NCBI GenBank assembly: GCA_024635455.1
Contig: JAGXIU010000003.1
Span: 3,966 to 67,965, forward strand
From: Candidatus Saccharimonadota bacterium
GTDB lineage: Bacteria; Patescibacteriota; Saccharimonadia; Saccharimonadales; SLHW01
Reading direction: 5' to 3'
DNA: 64,000 bases
Shown here: piece by piece, positions 47,351 to 57,870 of the stretch
Position numbering within the stretch: the stretch's first letter is position 1
Layout of the letters: each line of letters starts with the position of its first letter
Notes under the pieces: model-generated
Databases searched by the model: none
Told to the model about the DNA's origin: nothing
What the model saw: the letters and a program-made list of their open reading frames with translations, nothing else
Translations under genes and position numbers: made by a program

Positions 47351-48895
47351 CTATCTCCGATACATTGAGTGGTTTTTTACCCAGCCATGTGACTGTCGAA
47401 TAATCTCTTTATTTCCAGTTTCTTGTAACTCTTTATCGAGTTGAGCATATGGTACCACACTGAAGCCGAAGGTACTGCCCTCCCCTTCCTTCGAATTGAC
47501 CCAAACTTGTCCACCGTGTGCGGAAATGATTGCTTTGGTCAAATAAAGCCCTAAACCAGTGCCGCTGATTTTATTACGAGTCCGGTGGTTTCGATAAAAT
47601 TTCTCAAATAAATTAGTAGTTACACTGCTTGGCATACCGACACCGAAATCTTGAACAGTTGTATGTATAAGACCGTTACTGCCAACTTTTGAAGTGACGA
47701 TAATCTTCTTGGAGTCACCACGATACTTAATGGCATTATCGATAAGGTTGGCTATTACTTCATAAATACTAACTCGGTCTATTCCAACTGACGGAATATT
47801 ATCGTCAATATGTCGCTCGAGCGTTATATCGTAAATATCTGTGCGAATCTGTATGTCGTCCAGCATGGCTTTCAGTGCTTTATTCCAATCAGCCTCTTGG
47901 AGCTGCATCATGAGCTGGTTTTGTTCGATGCGAGCAACGTTGAGGATATTGTTGACAAATATTGTAAGCTGCCCAGCTGCAACCTCCATTTTGTGCATAA
48001 AGTCCTGGAGCTCTTCGCTTAAGTTCTCACCCAGTTCGTCTTCAAATACTTCAATGTAGCCTCGCAACATAGTAACTGGAGTACGTAATTCGTGCACTGC
48101 CATGGCAACAAAGTTAAGCGAATCGTCGTCTTGCTGGTAATGCTCGGTTCGGTCGAACATGGTGATAATAAAATCCGCGCCGCTCGGATTGTCACGGTTA
48201 TATTGCGCGCTTAGGTCACATTGCTTTTCTGATTGGTCTGGTAGCGTGACACGAACTCGTTCCCAGAAGCCGGTAGTTGTGACCTTGTTCTTCTGGCACT
48301 CCTCCATCCATTGATTCAACGTATGCTCACTCGGGAAAGTAAGCCGTACTGCATCTTCTAGGGTTTGGCCAAAGAGCTTCGAGGTTTCTGTGTCAACGTA
48401 CGTAATAGCTGATTCACTGGCGTTGGTGATAATTCTCTGAGTATTGAGTACAAACATAGGTAGCGGTAAGTGATTGACGATATTGATAGCCTGTATGAGC
48501 TCTTTTCGGTGAGACGTAGTGTCCGCTGTCTGCGAGGAGCCATAGCTTGCCAATTGGTATACCTGCATAGCCATATTATTAATAAGTTCTTTGCCCGTAC
48601 GGATTGCTTCAAGGTTTGGTGGACTTGAGGCGCTATGCTCGTGCCCTGGCGCAACATGCATGATTGCCTGTACTAGCGTATTAAGAGGCTCAAGAACTGC
48701 CTTGAGTACGAATTCGCTCAAGATGAGCGAAAACCCTATTACGGATACAAAGCAAATAATTATCGCCAGAAGTGAATCGACCGCAAAGACCTCAAACAGC
48801 ATGTACCATGCAACTATCGAAAAAATTCCAACGAGAATCAGGGCGCTCGCGATATAGGTATAGACTTGTGCTCGTAACCGTTTGGAATGATCCAT
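47351..48895 (-). CDS. Sensor histidine kinase (2 TM, HAMP/PAS-like, HisKA, HATPase)
   Basis: AVHELRTP, NLIDNAIKY, DFGVGM, SGTGLGL. Confidence 0.94.
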   Translation of the reverse strand: MDHSKRLRAQVYTYIASALILVGIFSIVAWYMLFEVFAVDSLLAIIICFVSVIGFSLILSEFVLKAVLEPLNTLVQAIMHVAPGHEHSASSPPNLEAIRTGKELINNMAMQVYQLASYGSSQTADTTSHRKELIQAINIVNHLPLPMFVLNTQRIITNASESAITYVDTETSKLFGQTLEDAVRLTFPSEHTLNQWMEECQKNKVTTTGFWERVRVTLPDQSEKQCDLSAQYNRDNPSGADFIITMFDRTEHYQQDDDSLNFVAMAVHELRTPVTMLRGYIEVFEDELGENLSEELQDFMHKMEVAAGQLTIFVNNILNVARIEQNQLMMQLQEADWNKALKAMLDDIQIRTDIYDITLERHIDDNIPSVGIDRVSIYEVIANLIDNAIKYRGDSKKIIVTSKVGSNGLIHTTVQDFGVGMPSSVTTNLFEKFYRNHRTRNKISGTGLGLYLTKAIISAHGGQVWVNSKEGEGSTFGFSVVPYAQLDKELQETGNKEIIRQSHGWVKNHSMYRR

Positions 48896-48908
48896 GCCCG
48901 CCCCCTTA

Positions 48909-50153
48909 TTACTTAGTAGTTACGTCTCCTGCGCTTGTAGCTAGTGTCACCCATGTCTTGCCAGGATTCAAGCCGACCGGTAACCCGTCCGCGTTACCAA
49001 AGCGTACGTTTTCCTTTTGGCTTGGCTTTTCCCAGATACCACGGGTCATTGTGCCATCTTGGAATATAAATGCAGTATTGCTGCCAGTTAAATCGTATAC
49101 AGAATAAATACCATCACGCTTATAATCTGCCACCATAACAACCACAACATCAGATGTAATTTGTTTATTGGTTTGCTCATCAACATGCGGCACGCCAGCC
49201 ATAAACCGTTTATAAGTATTGTTCTTGGCGTCATAGACGAAGCGGACATTATATAGCGGTGAAGATATTCGTACACTCACCTCTGTTACATCTGGTTTTT
49301 CTGCTGGTTCGGGGTTTTTTCGGACAAATCCATTAAAGTCACTTTTGTTGTAGCCGCGTTTTTCGTGGACCTTTAACAAATCAGCCCGCGTTGAGTACAT
49401 ATTATGAGGCGCGAAGCGTGTGTTGACGCGTCGATAGGCCTCAGGGTTCTGGAATTGATCTAAGTCCTTCACGCCTAAGCTGCGTACGCGTGATAGTGCG
49501 TACGGACTACCGCCAACATGAGCTAATGCGGCGTCATGCGCCAATATCCAATCAATATGATTCCGCCGAACCGAACGGATTGGTCCAATTTGCTCTGGCT
49601 TGTCTTCCTGATAGAGGGCGAGGAAACGAGTGATACTTCCCTCCACCATTGCCTCAAACACAACACCAGCATCAGCTAGCCCTGATTGTGGTCTAGCATC
49701 AGGGCTATTTTCAATAGTAACTGCGGTTACAGGTAAGCTTGCTAGCTGAGGGGAGACCTCCACACCAGTTAGCTCTGATGGTATGGTCTTCGGTTCCGGC
49801 GGTGGCAATGGCTCCTCCGGTTGTTCTACCGCGACTGGTTCTGGCTCAGGCGGAGCTGGCTGAAGGGCAAAAACGAGCCCGACTGTAATAGTCGTGAAAA
49901 ATGCCAGCAAAACAGCAATAGTGATAAGTCGCTTCTTCTTGCTTGCTTCTCGCCAATACTGTTTTATAAATGCAATTGGATGTACTCTCGATTTTTTATT
50001 CTCTGGTTTGTCATATACGGTTGACTCGATCATTTCTTCAACTTGCTCTTCGTGTCGCTGTATTGGTACGTTGCTAGGCTCACGATCACTATCATCGTGT
50101 AACCGAGTTGTGTGGTTCCGCTCTGATTTCGGCGGTCGTACGTCGTCCATCAT
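48909..50153 (-). CDS. DUF3048 (YerB-like) domain protein
   Basis: IENSPDARPQSGL..A..VFE..VEGSITRFLA, GPIRSVR, APHNMY. Confidence 0.9.
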   Translation of the reverse strand: MMDDVRPPKSERNHTTRLHDDSDREPSNVPIQRHEEQVEEMIESTVYDKPENKKSRVHPIAFIKQYWREASKKKRLITIAVLLAFFTTITVGLVFALQPAPPEPEPVAVEQPEEPLPPPEPKTIPSELTGVEVSPQLASLPVTAVTIENSPDARPQSGLADAGVVFEAMVEGSITRFLALYQEDKPEQIGPIRSVRRNHIDWILAHDAALAHVGGSPYALSRVRSLGVKDLDQFQNPEAYRRVNTRFAPHNMYSTRADLLKVHEKRGYNKSDFNGFVRKNPEPAEKPDVTEVSVRISSPLYNVRFVYDAKNNTYKRFMAGVPHVDEQTNKQITSDVVVVMVADYKRDGIYSVYDLTGSNTAFIFQDGTMTRGIWEKPSQKENVRFGNADGLPVGLNPGKTWVTLATSAGDVTTK

Positions 50154-50182
50154 AATTTTTCTCTATTATAGCAGAATTCTGC

Positions 50183-51634
50183 TTATGCCTTGAGCGCATT
50201 TATTTGATTGTCGATTCGCTGGAGGGTGCGTTCTTTACCCAATATTGCCATAGTCTCAGCTAACCCTGGTGAAGCTGGTGCTTGGGTCGTCGCGATTCGA
50301 ACTAAGCTAAACAGTACTGCGGGCTTTTCTCCTGTAGATTCTAAGAGCTGGTTTAGTTCACGCTGCAATGGATCTACATCAAATACTACTGCCGTCAGCG
50401 CGGTACGAGCCGTATTTAGTAAGTCTACTAAGTCCGATTGGTCATATTTTTTGAGCTTTTTATGCTCGCTAAGGAGTGATGGGTCAATAGGTAAGTCGGT
50501 ATAAAAGAATTGCGTTAGCTCTGGTAGCTCAGCAAAATATTTGAGTCGTTCTTGCAACGCTCCGACTACAGCTTTGTTGTAGGCTTCATCAAATGACTGC
50601 GCTTCGGGAGGTAAGAATTTTTGGGCTTGCTCATAAAGTGTATCAAGATCCATCTGACGTATGAAACTTCCATTCACCCATTGCAGTCGCCGTTCGTCGA
50701 ACACAGCACCACCTCGCCCAACGTGATTTAGTGAGAACTTGCTCATAAGTTCGTCTACAGAAAATAACTCTTGTTCAGTGCCGTCGTTCCAGCCTAGTGT
50801 TGCAATGAAGCTAAGTAGTGCTTCTGGCAGAAAGCCTTGTCGTAGATAGTCAAGCATATCTCGAGCACCATCACGTTTACTGAGCTTCTTTTTTCCATCA
50901 GGTCCAAGAATCGGTGGTAAGGTTGCCATAGTCGGAACTTCTAGGGCTAGTGCTTCGTACAGGTTCATATAGTTCGGGACGCTAGCGATAAATTCTTGAC
51001 CGCGTACGATATGACTCACCTTCATCAGATAGTCATCAACTATGTGGGCGAAATTGTAGGTAGGATATCCATCAGACTTAATCAATATAAAGTCATCGAT
51101 GACTTCGGGGCCAGTCGCTAACTCACCCATAACAGTGTCTTTCCACTTGTATGATTTTGGATCTGACTTGAAGCGTAGTGGTGTTGATCCGTCCCATTTT
51201 GGCGGATTTTCTGGACGATGATTTCGATATAAAAATGGCTTTTTTTGTTGCTGGGCTTGCTCACGAAGGTCCTGGAGATCCGCTGCTGTATAAGGGTCAG
51301 CGTAGGCTCGACCATCGTCTATTAACTTCTGTGCCCACTGTTTATATATGTCCAAACGTTCGCTCTGTCGGTATGGCCCATAGTCGCCATCTATATCAGG
51401 ACCTTCATCATAACCAAGTCCAACAGCGTGGAGTGTGCGCATAATGTGTTCATCAGCGCCAGCAACTTCACGTTTTTTATCCGTATCTTCAAGTCGAAGG
51501 ATAAAGTCCCCATTGTTTTGTCGGGCAATGAGCCAAGCAAACAAAGCAGTACGCACTGCACCAACATGCAACATGCCAGTTGGGCTTGGCGCAAACCGAG
51601 TTCGAGTTAGATGTGTATCTTCCACGTCAACCAT
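50183..51634 (-). CDS. gltX: Glutamate--tRNA ligase
   Basis: RFAPSPTG.LHVG (HIGH), RLEDTD, PYRQSER, KLSKR. Confidence 0.97.
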   Translation of the reverse strand: MVDVEDTHLTRTRFAPSPTGMLHVGAVRTALFAWLIARQNNGDFILRLEDTDKKREVAGADEHIMRTLHAVGLGYDEGPDIDGDYGPYRQSERLDIYKQWAQKLIDDGRAYADPYTAADLQDLREQAQQQKKPFLYRNHRPENPPKWDGSTPLRFKSDPKSYKWKDTVMGELATGPEVIDDFILIKSDGYPTYNFAHIVDDYLMKVSHIVRGQEFIASVPNYMNLYEALALEVPTMATLPPILGPDGKKKLSKRDGARDMLDYLRQGFLPEALLSFIATLGWNDGTEQELFSVDELMSKFSLNHVGRGGAVFDERRLQWVNGSFIRQMDLDTLYEQAQKFLPPEAQSFDEAYNKAVVGALQERLKYFAELPELTQFFYTDLPIDPSLLSEHKKLKKYDQSDLVDLLNTARTALTAVVFDVDPLQRELNQLLESTGEKPAVLFSLVRIATTQAPASPGLAETMAILGKERTLQRIDNQINALKA

Positions 51635-51679
51635 TGTAGTACAGACCTGCGTAATTATCCGCAAGAATATTTATTACCA

Positions 51680-52741
51680 TCAGAGACTATTAGCTAGGCG
51701 TAGTAACTGGTCACTGTTTAGTGAGGATGACCCTTCGATGTTGTACCATATCCCACCATCTACCCAGGTAGCGTTGGACTCATTATATATGTATATCGTT
51801 TTCCCGTTACTCGGCACTGCTTGGTACAAGCCTTTTGTCTCTACGAATGAGCTACGAAGGCTTTCACTAGTCCAATCAGTCTTTTCTTTGTTGATACTGA
51901 AGGTTCGGCCATCGCTCACGGAATCATACTGCAGCGCTATGTGATCTGGGCTATATTCAACATTATTACTCAATTGAAAGCCAGAGGGCTTGTACTCTGG
52001 CAAGCTTGCACTAACACCAGATCGTGAGGAAGCAACCTGTACAGATAAGTACGGCATACTACTGTAGCCAATTATAGCTAGTCCGCCGACCATTAGTAAA
52101 CCTGCTAGGCCGTAGCGAACTGCATTTGGTGCTTCGGCAAGCTTATTCCATAGTCGAGAGATGCGTGATTGGCTCGGGCCATCGTAGGTTTGTTCGTGAC
52201 TATTAGCATTGTCTATTGCACGTTCAGTTAGAGTTGGTGCTTGTTTCGTAGATTGTTGTTGGCTGGATTGTGATTGGGTCGTTGGATCTGCGTTAGCTTG
52301 GTCGGTCTTCGCACTGGCGGGCGCTTGATGGGCAGATGACGGATTGTTCTGTGTATGAGCGTCATGAAACTTCTGTACGTGCGCGCTTCTAACTGCTTTT
52401 GAGGCGCGTTCCAGTCGTGAGAAGTTCGTCAATGGCTTTTTCTGTAACTCGGGCGCCTGTTGGGCATCCTGAGCTGTGTTAGCGGTATCGGGCTTTGCTA
52501 CTGATGTTCGCATCAGAGTTTGCGATTTATGCGGTTGTTTTTTTATTGAGTTCTCTGCAGGGCGATTATCTGTGCGTTGTTGTTTAATGGGTTTACTATA
52601 ACCATCGATTGATTGGTTACTTTGTTTATTGTTGGGCTGTTTATTATCAGCTGGAGAAGCTTCTGTTTGTGCAGAACGAACCATTTCACCCGTACGAATA
52701 TCGTAGGTATTACCGTTTAGCTCTATAATATTTTTTGTCAT
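51680..52741 (-). CDS. Membrane-anchored protein, disordered N-terminus, DUF4367-like C-terminus
   Basis: IIELNG..YD N-terminus, one TM helix, LPEYKPSGF, WVDGGIWY.I....L..DQL. Confidence 0.65.
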   Translation of the reverse strand: MTKNIIELNGNTYDIRTGEMVRSAQTEASPADNKQPNNKQSNQSIDGYSKPIKQQRTDNRPAENSIKKQPHKSQTLMRTSVAKPDTANTAQDAQQAPELQKKPLTNFSRLERASKAVRSAHVQKFHDAHTQNNPSSAHQAPASAKTDQANADPTTQSQSSQQQSTKQAPTLTERAIDNANSHEQTYDGPSQSRISRLWNKLAEAPNAVRYGLAGLLMVGGLAIIGYSSMPYLSVQVASSRSGVSASLPEYKPSGFQLSNNVEYSPDHIALQYDSVSDGRTFSINKEKTDWTSESLRSSFVETKGLYQAVPSNGKTIYIYNESNATWVDGGIWYNIEGSSSLNSDQLLRLANSL

Positions 52742-52885
52742 AAATTGTGTTCGTCTTACCTTCGCCATGTCAGGAATACATGTTAGAAATAGCTTATGCA
52801 CTATCTTAGCGCCTATTAAGTTTTCTTACAAGCAATTGAAATACATGATTTATAGGCGCTATACTACACTGAGTAAAATATTTAT

Positions 52886-54394
52886 ATGGATTATCTTGAC
52901 CCAGACAAAAAACGCCAGCATACGCAACGACTATTTATTGGCTACGGCCTCATGGCCGTGCTCATTGGTCTTGGCACAATTCTTCTCGTACTATTTGCCT
53001 ACGGCTTTAGCTTTGATAGGTCGACCGGTTCTATTATCCAGAACGGCCTAGTGTTCGTAGACACGAATCCAGTCGCATCCAATGTATATATTGACGGCGA
53101 GCTACGCGGGAGGGGTGACCAACGCTTGGTCCTACCATCAGGAGACTATAGTATAGAAATCCAAGAACCCGGCTATCGTAGTTGGCACAAGGATATATCC
53201 TTGCTTGGCGGTAGCTTACTACGGTTTTCATACCCCCTGTTGATACCCGAGGATGTTGAAACGTCTGTCTACAGACGGTTTGATGCAGCTCCAAATATTT
53301 TGAGCACCAGCCCAGATAGGCGTTGGTTGCTTTTGCAAGAGTCAAGCCAAGTTGATGCTTTTGTCTTGTATGACCTAAATCAGGGAATAAACCTACCAAC
53401 GTTTTTTTCATTACCAGTTGGTGTACTAGAGCAGGAGGTCGACAACAGCGAGTTGACTATTGTCGAGTGGTCAAACGATAACCGACACGTCATCGTTAAA
53501 CATAGTTTTGACGGGGGCGAAGAGTTTGTCCTGCTAGACATTGACGAGCCTAACAGAAGCCAGAATTTAACAGACCGGTTCTCCAACATACCGTTCACTG
53601 ACATTTCCCTAGTTGATAAACAATTCGATCAATACCATTTATTCAATAGGTCCCTCGGTGTATTGCAGCGAGCTGGGCTTGAGCAAGATGATCCGAGTAT
53701 TGTGCTTGAGGATATCATTACGTACCGCTCACACGGTGACGATGCCTTAGTTTACGCAAAGGAACTCCCAGTAATCGAAAAAGAATCTACTGACGATATA
53801 CAAAGAAAAGCAGTGGGTATATTTATGTCGCTGGAAGACCGAACATATCAAATTGACGCATTACCAAAAGCGCCTGCCTCAGATTATCTTCTCGACATTG
53901 CTCAGTTTGATGAGTCTTGGTACGTTGTGATCGGCTTTACGGGTAACAAGCAGGCTCTTGTCTACCGAGACCCTGTCGCATTACTAGAAGAGGATCAGCT
54001 CCGCACTTTATTGCCAGTTACTACGCTTCGTACAGAGGGAGAGCCGACGTACGTTTCATTCTCTGGTAACGCACGTAATATTGCACTGCAAGCAGGCACA
54101 GAGTTCTCTGTGTATGATGCGGAGCGTGAGCAGTCCCATACATTTCGTGTCAATGACCAAGAAGCTATTCCGCGGGCTCAGTGGATGGATGGCCATCGCT
54201 TGGTTTATATCCAGAACGAGGAGATGTATGTAATCGACTTTGACGGTACGAATCAGCAATCGATAGCCGAATGTTTGCCTGGCTATCAGCCGCTGTTCGA
54301 TACTGAATATAGGTTTTCTTACTGTATCGGCTCGCCTGATGACAGCGACCGATTCGGTTTGTTGCACCGACTGTCGTTACGAGTTGAAGAATAG
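52886..54394 (+). CDS. PEGA-domain surface protein with beta-propeller-like region
   Basis: TM helix, TNP..SNVYIDG...LPSGDYSIEI..PGYRSW; SPDRR/WS.D repeats. Confidence 0.85.
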   Translation: MDYLDPDKKRQHTQRLFIGYGLMAVLIGLGTILLVLFAYGFSFDRSTGSIIQNGLVFVDTNPVASNVYIDGELRGRGDQRLVLPSGDYSIEIQEPGYRSWHKDISLLGGSLLRFSYPLLIPEDVETSVYRRFDAAPNILSTSPDRRWLLLQESSQVDAFVLYDLNQGINLPTFFSLPVGVLEQEVDNSELTIVEWSNDNRHVIVKHSFDGGEEFVLLDIDEPNRSQNLTDRFSNIPFTDISLVDKQFDQYHLFNRSLGVLQRAGLEQDDPSIVLEDIITYRSHGDDALVYAKELPVIEKESTDDIQRKAVGIFMSLEDRTYQIDALPKAPASDYLLDIAQFDESWYVVIGFTGNKQALVYRDPVALLEEDQLRTLLPVTTLRTEGEPTYVSFSGNARNIALQAGTEFSVYDAEREQSHTFRVNDQEAIPRAQWMDGHRLVYIQNEEMYVIDFDGTNQQSIAECLPGYQPLFDTEYRFSYCIGSPDDSDRFGLLHRLSLRVEE

Positions 54395-54415
54395 TCTGAG
54401 CTTTCTTGTTTACGC

Positions 54416-55669
54416 CTAGCTACCGAAAAGCCGACTCCATAGGCTAGGAGAGTTACTCGGTAGTGTTTCTGGCTGTCGTCGTTCATCTGGTGCTGGTGCA
54501 GAGCTTTCGGTGTTGTCTATTGGGTTGGGGCTAATCTGCTCTCCTGTAACCACAAGTCGATTAATAGCAGTACCAGGTGGATCGCACGTAATCAATGTTG
54601 CCACTGATGAGTGTTCATCGTTGGGTTGCAATACGCTCAAATCACTTGGAGGCACAACCTTGGTGTCGAATACACGGTATACATAGCGTGTTCCGTCCTT
54701 TTCTAACATAAACGTATCCCCTTCTTCGAGCTGGTTGAGTAATACAAAGGCAAACTTATACTTACCACGATTGAGTATATTATTGCTTGAGTGGCCAAAA
54801 AAGACACTATTGCCTCTTTCGCCAGGTTCTGCTGTGGTTGGATAATGCAGTACACCATCTTCTAGTGCACGTTGAACGGCATCCTCTTGAATTGATTCTT
54901 CCCCGTATACAACTGGTATTTCAACATTTATCTTTGGAATAATAATCTTGGGCTCGTCACCAACTGGTGTGTCTTCACCAATGATTAATGGCGTAGAGCT
55001 TAGAACCCGACTAGGGGTTATAAACGGTGCAATAAACCGCTCATTAAAAAAGCTAAAAGTTGTTATCAGTAAAACAAGGCCGCCCATCGAGAGTCCGAAC
55101 AGGAGTGATTTTAGATTAGATTTATGTTTACTGCTTTGCTGAGACACCTTTGTGCGGATACGTTGCTGTATGTCATTAGCCGTTCGCTGCGTATAGGAGC
55201 TTGCACCGAACGGGCGACGTGTTGGCGCAGGCGGTTGTTGCTGGCTTGTTGATCCCGTTTGCAGCGTTGTAGTGTAGCTTTGTTCGGGTGGTTGAACATT
55301 GTTCTTACGCTGAGAGCCGTGCTCTGAATAAAACTCTTGCCAAACTTCGTGCTTTTCGTGGTCCGGGAGTTCCGCATAATACTCGTGCCAAGCTATCTGA
55401 ATCTCAGCCAACGACTTGCCAGAATTACTTAACTCATACATAAAAGCTTGGTGTTTAGAGCGTTGCTTTGCTGGCACGTCTTCAGCAATTGTTGCCTCTG
55501 TTTTTGCCGCTGGCTCAGACTCGTAGAGACTATTAATTTTTTGTCGAATCAAATCTACTGCAGCGGCTGATTCGCTGTCGTTGTTGTCTGGAGATATTTT
55601 CTTCGTAGACTTAGGCGGCAATATATATCCGTTCGAATTGTCATCTTGATATGGCATATGCTCTAGCAA
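54416..55669 (-). CDS. Sortase with long N-terminal extension
   Basis: IIPKINV, GVLHYP, FGHSS, TLITC, RLVV. Confidence 0.92.
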   Translation of the reverse strand: MLEHMPYQDDNSNGYILPPKSTKKISPDNNDSESAAAVDLIRQKINSLYESEPAAKTEATIAEDVPAKQRSKHQAFMYELSNSGKSLAEIQIAWHEYYAELPDHEKHEVWQEFYSEHGSQRKNNVQPPEQSYTTTLQTGSTSQQQPPAPTRRPFGASSYTQRTANDIQQRIRTKVSQQSSKHKSNLKSLLFGLSMGGLVLLITTFSFFNERFIAPFITPSRVLSSTPLIIGEDTPVGDEPKIIIPKINVEIPVVYGEESIQEDAVQRALEDGVLHYPTTAEPGERGNSVFFGHSSNNILNRGKYKFAFVLLNQLEEGDTFMLEKDGTRYVYRVFDTKVVPPSDLSVLQPNDEHSSVATLITCDPPGTAINRLVVTGEQISPNPIDNTESSAPAPDERRQPETLPSNSPSLWSRLFGS

Positions 55670-55799
55670 GTATAGTACAATATGCCCGGTAGTTCATAGG
55701 GCTGAGGGCTCGATGCACATTTTTGCGATAGGAGTTGCGCGACATAGCAGGTCGAACTCATATCGTGGTACATTTAGCGAAGTAAGAACAAATACATGT

Positions 55800-55884
55800 G
55801 GCGCTGTGGCGGAATTGGTATACGCGCATGACTCAAAATCGTGTGGGGCAACCCTTGTCGGTTCGAGTCCGACCAGCGCTACCA
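55800..55884 (+). tRNA. tRNA-Leu (CAA)
   Basis: Cloverleaf with variable arm; CATGA-CTCAAAA-TCGTG; GGTTCGAGTCC; CCA. Confidence 0.96.
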
Positions 55885-55929
55885 GTGATGATATTTGACA
55901 ATTATTGAATATGTTTTTACAATTTCTTC

Positions 55930-56268
55930 ATGAAACGTGCAAAACCTCGAAAAAGACATTTTTTTAAGGGTGGTGAAGCCAAGAAAAATTCATGTGACGG
56001 CTTACAAGACCCGAGTTTGGAGTTAGATAGGTCAGATCCAGGTTGGCGTCGGCTGGCTCGCCGTCGCATTGACGCGTCCATATTGATACCTGATCCAGAA
56101 GTGTATAGTCAACCATTGGTTAGTCTAGATACTCTTGTAGATCAGGAAGAGAAGCCACGCAGTGAAGAAATAACAAGTACTGGCAAGGTCTTAGTTGACG
56201 TGAGCGTAGAGTTAGTTACGATCACGCTGCCTGAACTGTCTGCGAACTCAGCCACACAGCAGATGTAA
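55930..56268 (+). CDS. Hypothetical protein
   Basis: TTGACA-17-TACAAT 6 nt upstream of ATG; 3' overlap with the convergent gene. Confidence 0.45.
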   Translation: MKRAKPRKRHFFKGGEAKKNSCDGLQDPSLELDRSDPGWRRLARRRIDASILIPDPEVYSQPLVSLDTLVDQEEKPRSEEITSTGKVLVDVSVELVTITLPELSANSATQQM

Positions 56269-57031
56269 TAGCTTCAAAACTCACCTCAGGCTGTTGGATG
56301 AGCCAAACAGCGGCATAACTCGCTAGGACAGTAGTTGCTGGCTGTTTGTCCGCTTCTATCTCAGTAAAAGAAACCGTACCTTCGCAAGCTGCTAATATGC
56401 CATCGTTGTATTGCAGGATAAGTATCATACCTAGTGTTTGGCTTAATTCAGTCATGAGTGGGACCAGTTGGGATAACCCCATATCATGTGCGACAGGCCT
56501 CGGTAATTTCAACTCTTTTATCAATGCTTGTAGCTGGGCAATAGAAATCACCAAAACTGCTCTACTTTGTTTTTTTAGCGCCTCATGATGTCGGATTATG
56601 GCATCAACTGCATCATTGCAATATAGAATCCAGCTAGGATACTCCTCAACAAAGCGTTCCATAACTATCATCGTCTCACTGTTTTTAGCGAGATCTCCAG
56701 CGAACAGTGCTCCGTCTGCCCATTGGGCAGTGTCGATCATTACAGCAAGTGCTTCTTTACTGAAACCACCGCTTGGGTTTCTTGGAGCATAGGTCCCGTG
56801 CTCGAGGATTTTGCCAGTGACTGATTTTAGGGAGTCAGGCAACACTACGCGCATATCTCCAATACCTGCCTGTTGGCTGGCGCCGTACGCGTTCATAATG
56901 CTAGATACGCCGTTAGCGTTCCCCCCAATAATAACTAGTTTGCCTCGTCGAGCTGCCTGCTCGGGCTGACTCCAGATGCGCTCTGGGAAGGCTGGCTCAG
57001 TGACTGTTTGCTTGTGATAAGGTGTATTCAT
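56222..57031 (-). CDS. Divergent NnrD/YjeF-C (carbohydrate kinase-like) protein
   Basis: RGKLVIIGGN, A..AGIG; ribokinase-like fold pattern with eroded ATP motifs. Confidence 0.65.
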   Translation of the reverse strand: MNTPYHKQTVTEPAFPERIWSQPEQAARRGKLVIIGGNANGVSSIMNAYGASQQAGIGDMRVVLPDSLKSVTGKILEHGTYAPRNPSGGFSKEALAVMIDTAQWADGALFAGDLAKNSETMIVMERFVEEYPSWILYCNDAVDAIIRHHEALKKQSRAVLVISIAQLQALIKELKLPRPVAHDMGLSQLVPLMTELSQTLGMILILQYNDGILAACEGTVSFTEIEADKQPATTVLASYAAVWLIQQPEVSFEAITSAVWLSSQTVQAA

Positions 57032-57764
57032 CAGTTCCCTTCTCTAATTCATAAATCATATTCTTTCGTTCAATGACAATCTTCCAACTATTCCTTATCG
57101 CAGTTTGGTAGAGGTTATTCTCTGGGTTGAACGCAATCGGCTGCTCGACCATTGACAACATATCGATATCGCCGCCTGAATCGCCAACCGCAATGCTATC
57201 TGTAAGCGACAGGTTTTTTTCGTGGATAATTTCACTCAAAAACTTATCTTTTCCCTTATGAGTTTTTCGTATGTGGCCAGTAAAATATTTTGTGCCGCGT
57301 TCGTACTGCTGGCCAACCCAATAATCAAATCCGTAATGCTGAGCAAATGGCTCAAGCACTTCAGTTTGCGAGCCTGATATAGCTATCAAGAAAAAGCCTT
57401 GTTTCCCCAGGGACTTCACTAGATTTCTCGTATAGACGTAAACATTATCCTTGTGCTGATTAATAACCCGCTCAGCCGCCTGTTCAAAGTCACTAATTTT
57501 TAGATTCGGTAATTGTTCATCGAAGATTTCTGCCATAGATTGTTCAAACTCACCAAACGCTCGTCCATGAGCTCTTTTTTGCCAAGCAGTCTCTTTATCG
57601 GCAAGTTGCTGGTGGAGCTTTTCTGGCAGTGCTCCCATGCGGATAAGTTCAAAAAAGACTTCTCTGTACAGCCCACTCCGAAATAAGGTCCCGTCGATGT
57701 CGAAAACGGCAAACCGCTTGCCTTTCGAAGATTGTGGATTTTCCACTGTCGTCACCTTTCTCAC
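56997..57764 (-). CDS. HAD-IB phosphatase (SerB-like)
   Basis: FDIDGT, ISGS, K, VGDSGGD. Confidence 0.9.
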   Translation of the reverse strand: MRKVTTVENPQSSKGKRFAVFDIDGTLFRSGLYREVFFELIRMGALPEKLHQQLADKETAWQKRAHGRAFGEFEQSMAEIFDEQLPNLKISDFEQAAERVINQHKDNVYVYTRNLVKSLGKQGFFLIAISGSQTEVLEPFAQHYGFDYWVGQQYERGTKYFTGHIRKTHKGKDKFLSEIIHEKNLSLTDSIAVGDSGGDIDMLSMVEQPIAFNPENNLYQTAIRNSWKIVIERKNMIYELEKGTDEYTLSQANSH

Positions 57765-57870
57765 TACTCAGGTTATCCTGTATTGATTAGTATACCAGTT
57801 CATTGACTAATATTTATCACAGACGTTATCTATCTGTTTGAAAATGGGCTTTCGCCGTTGTTAGCAATAC

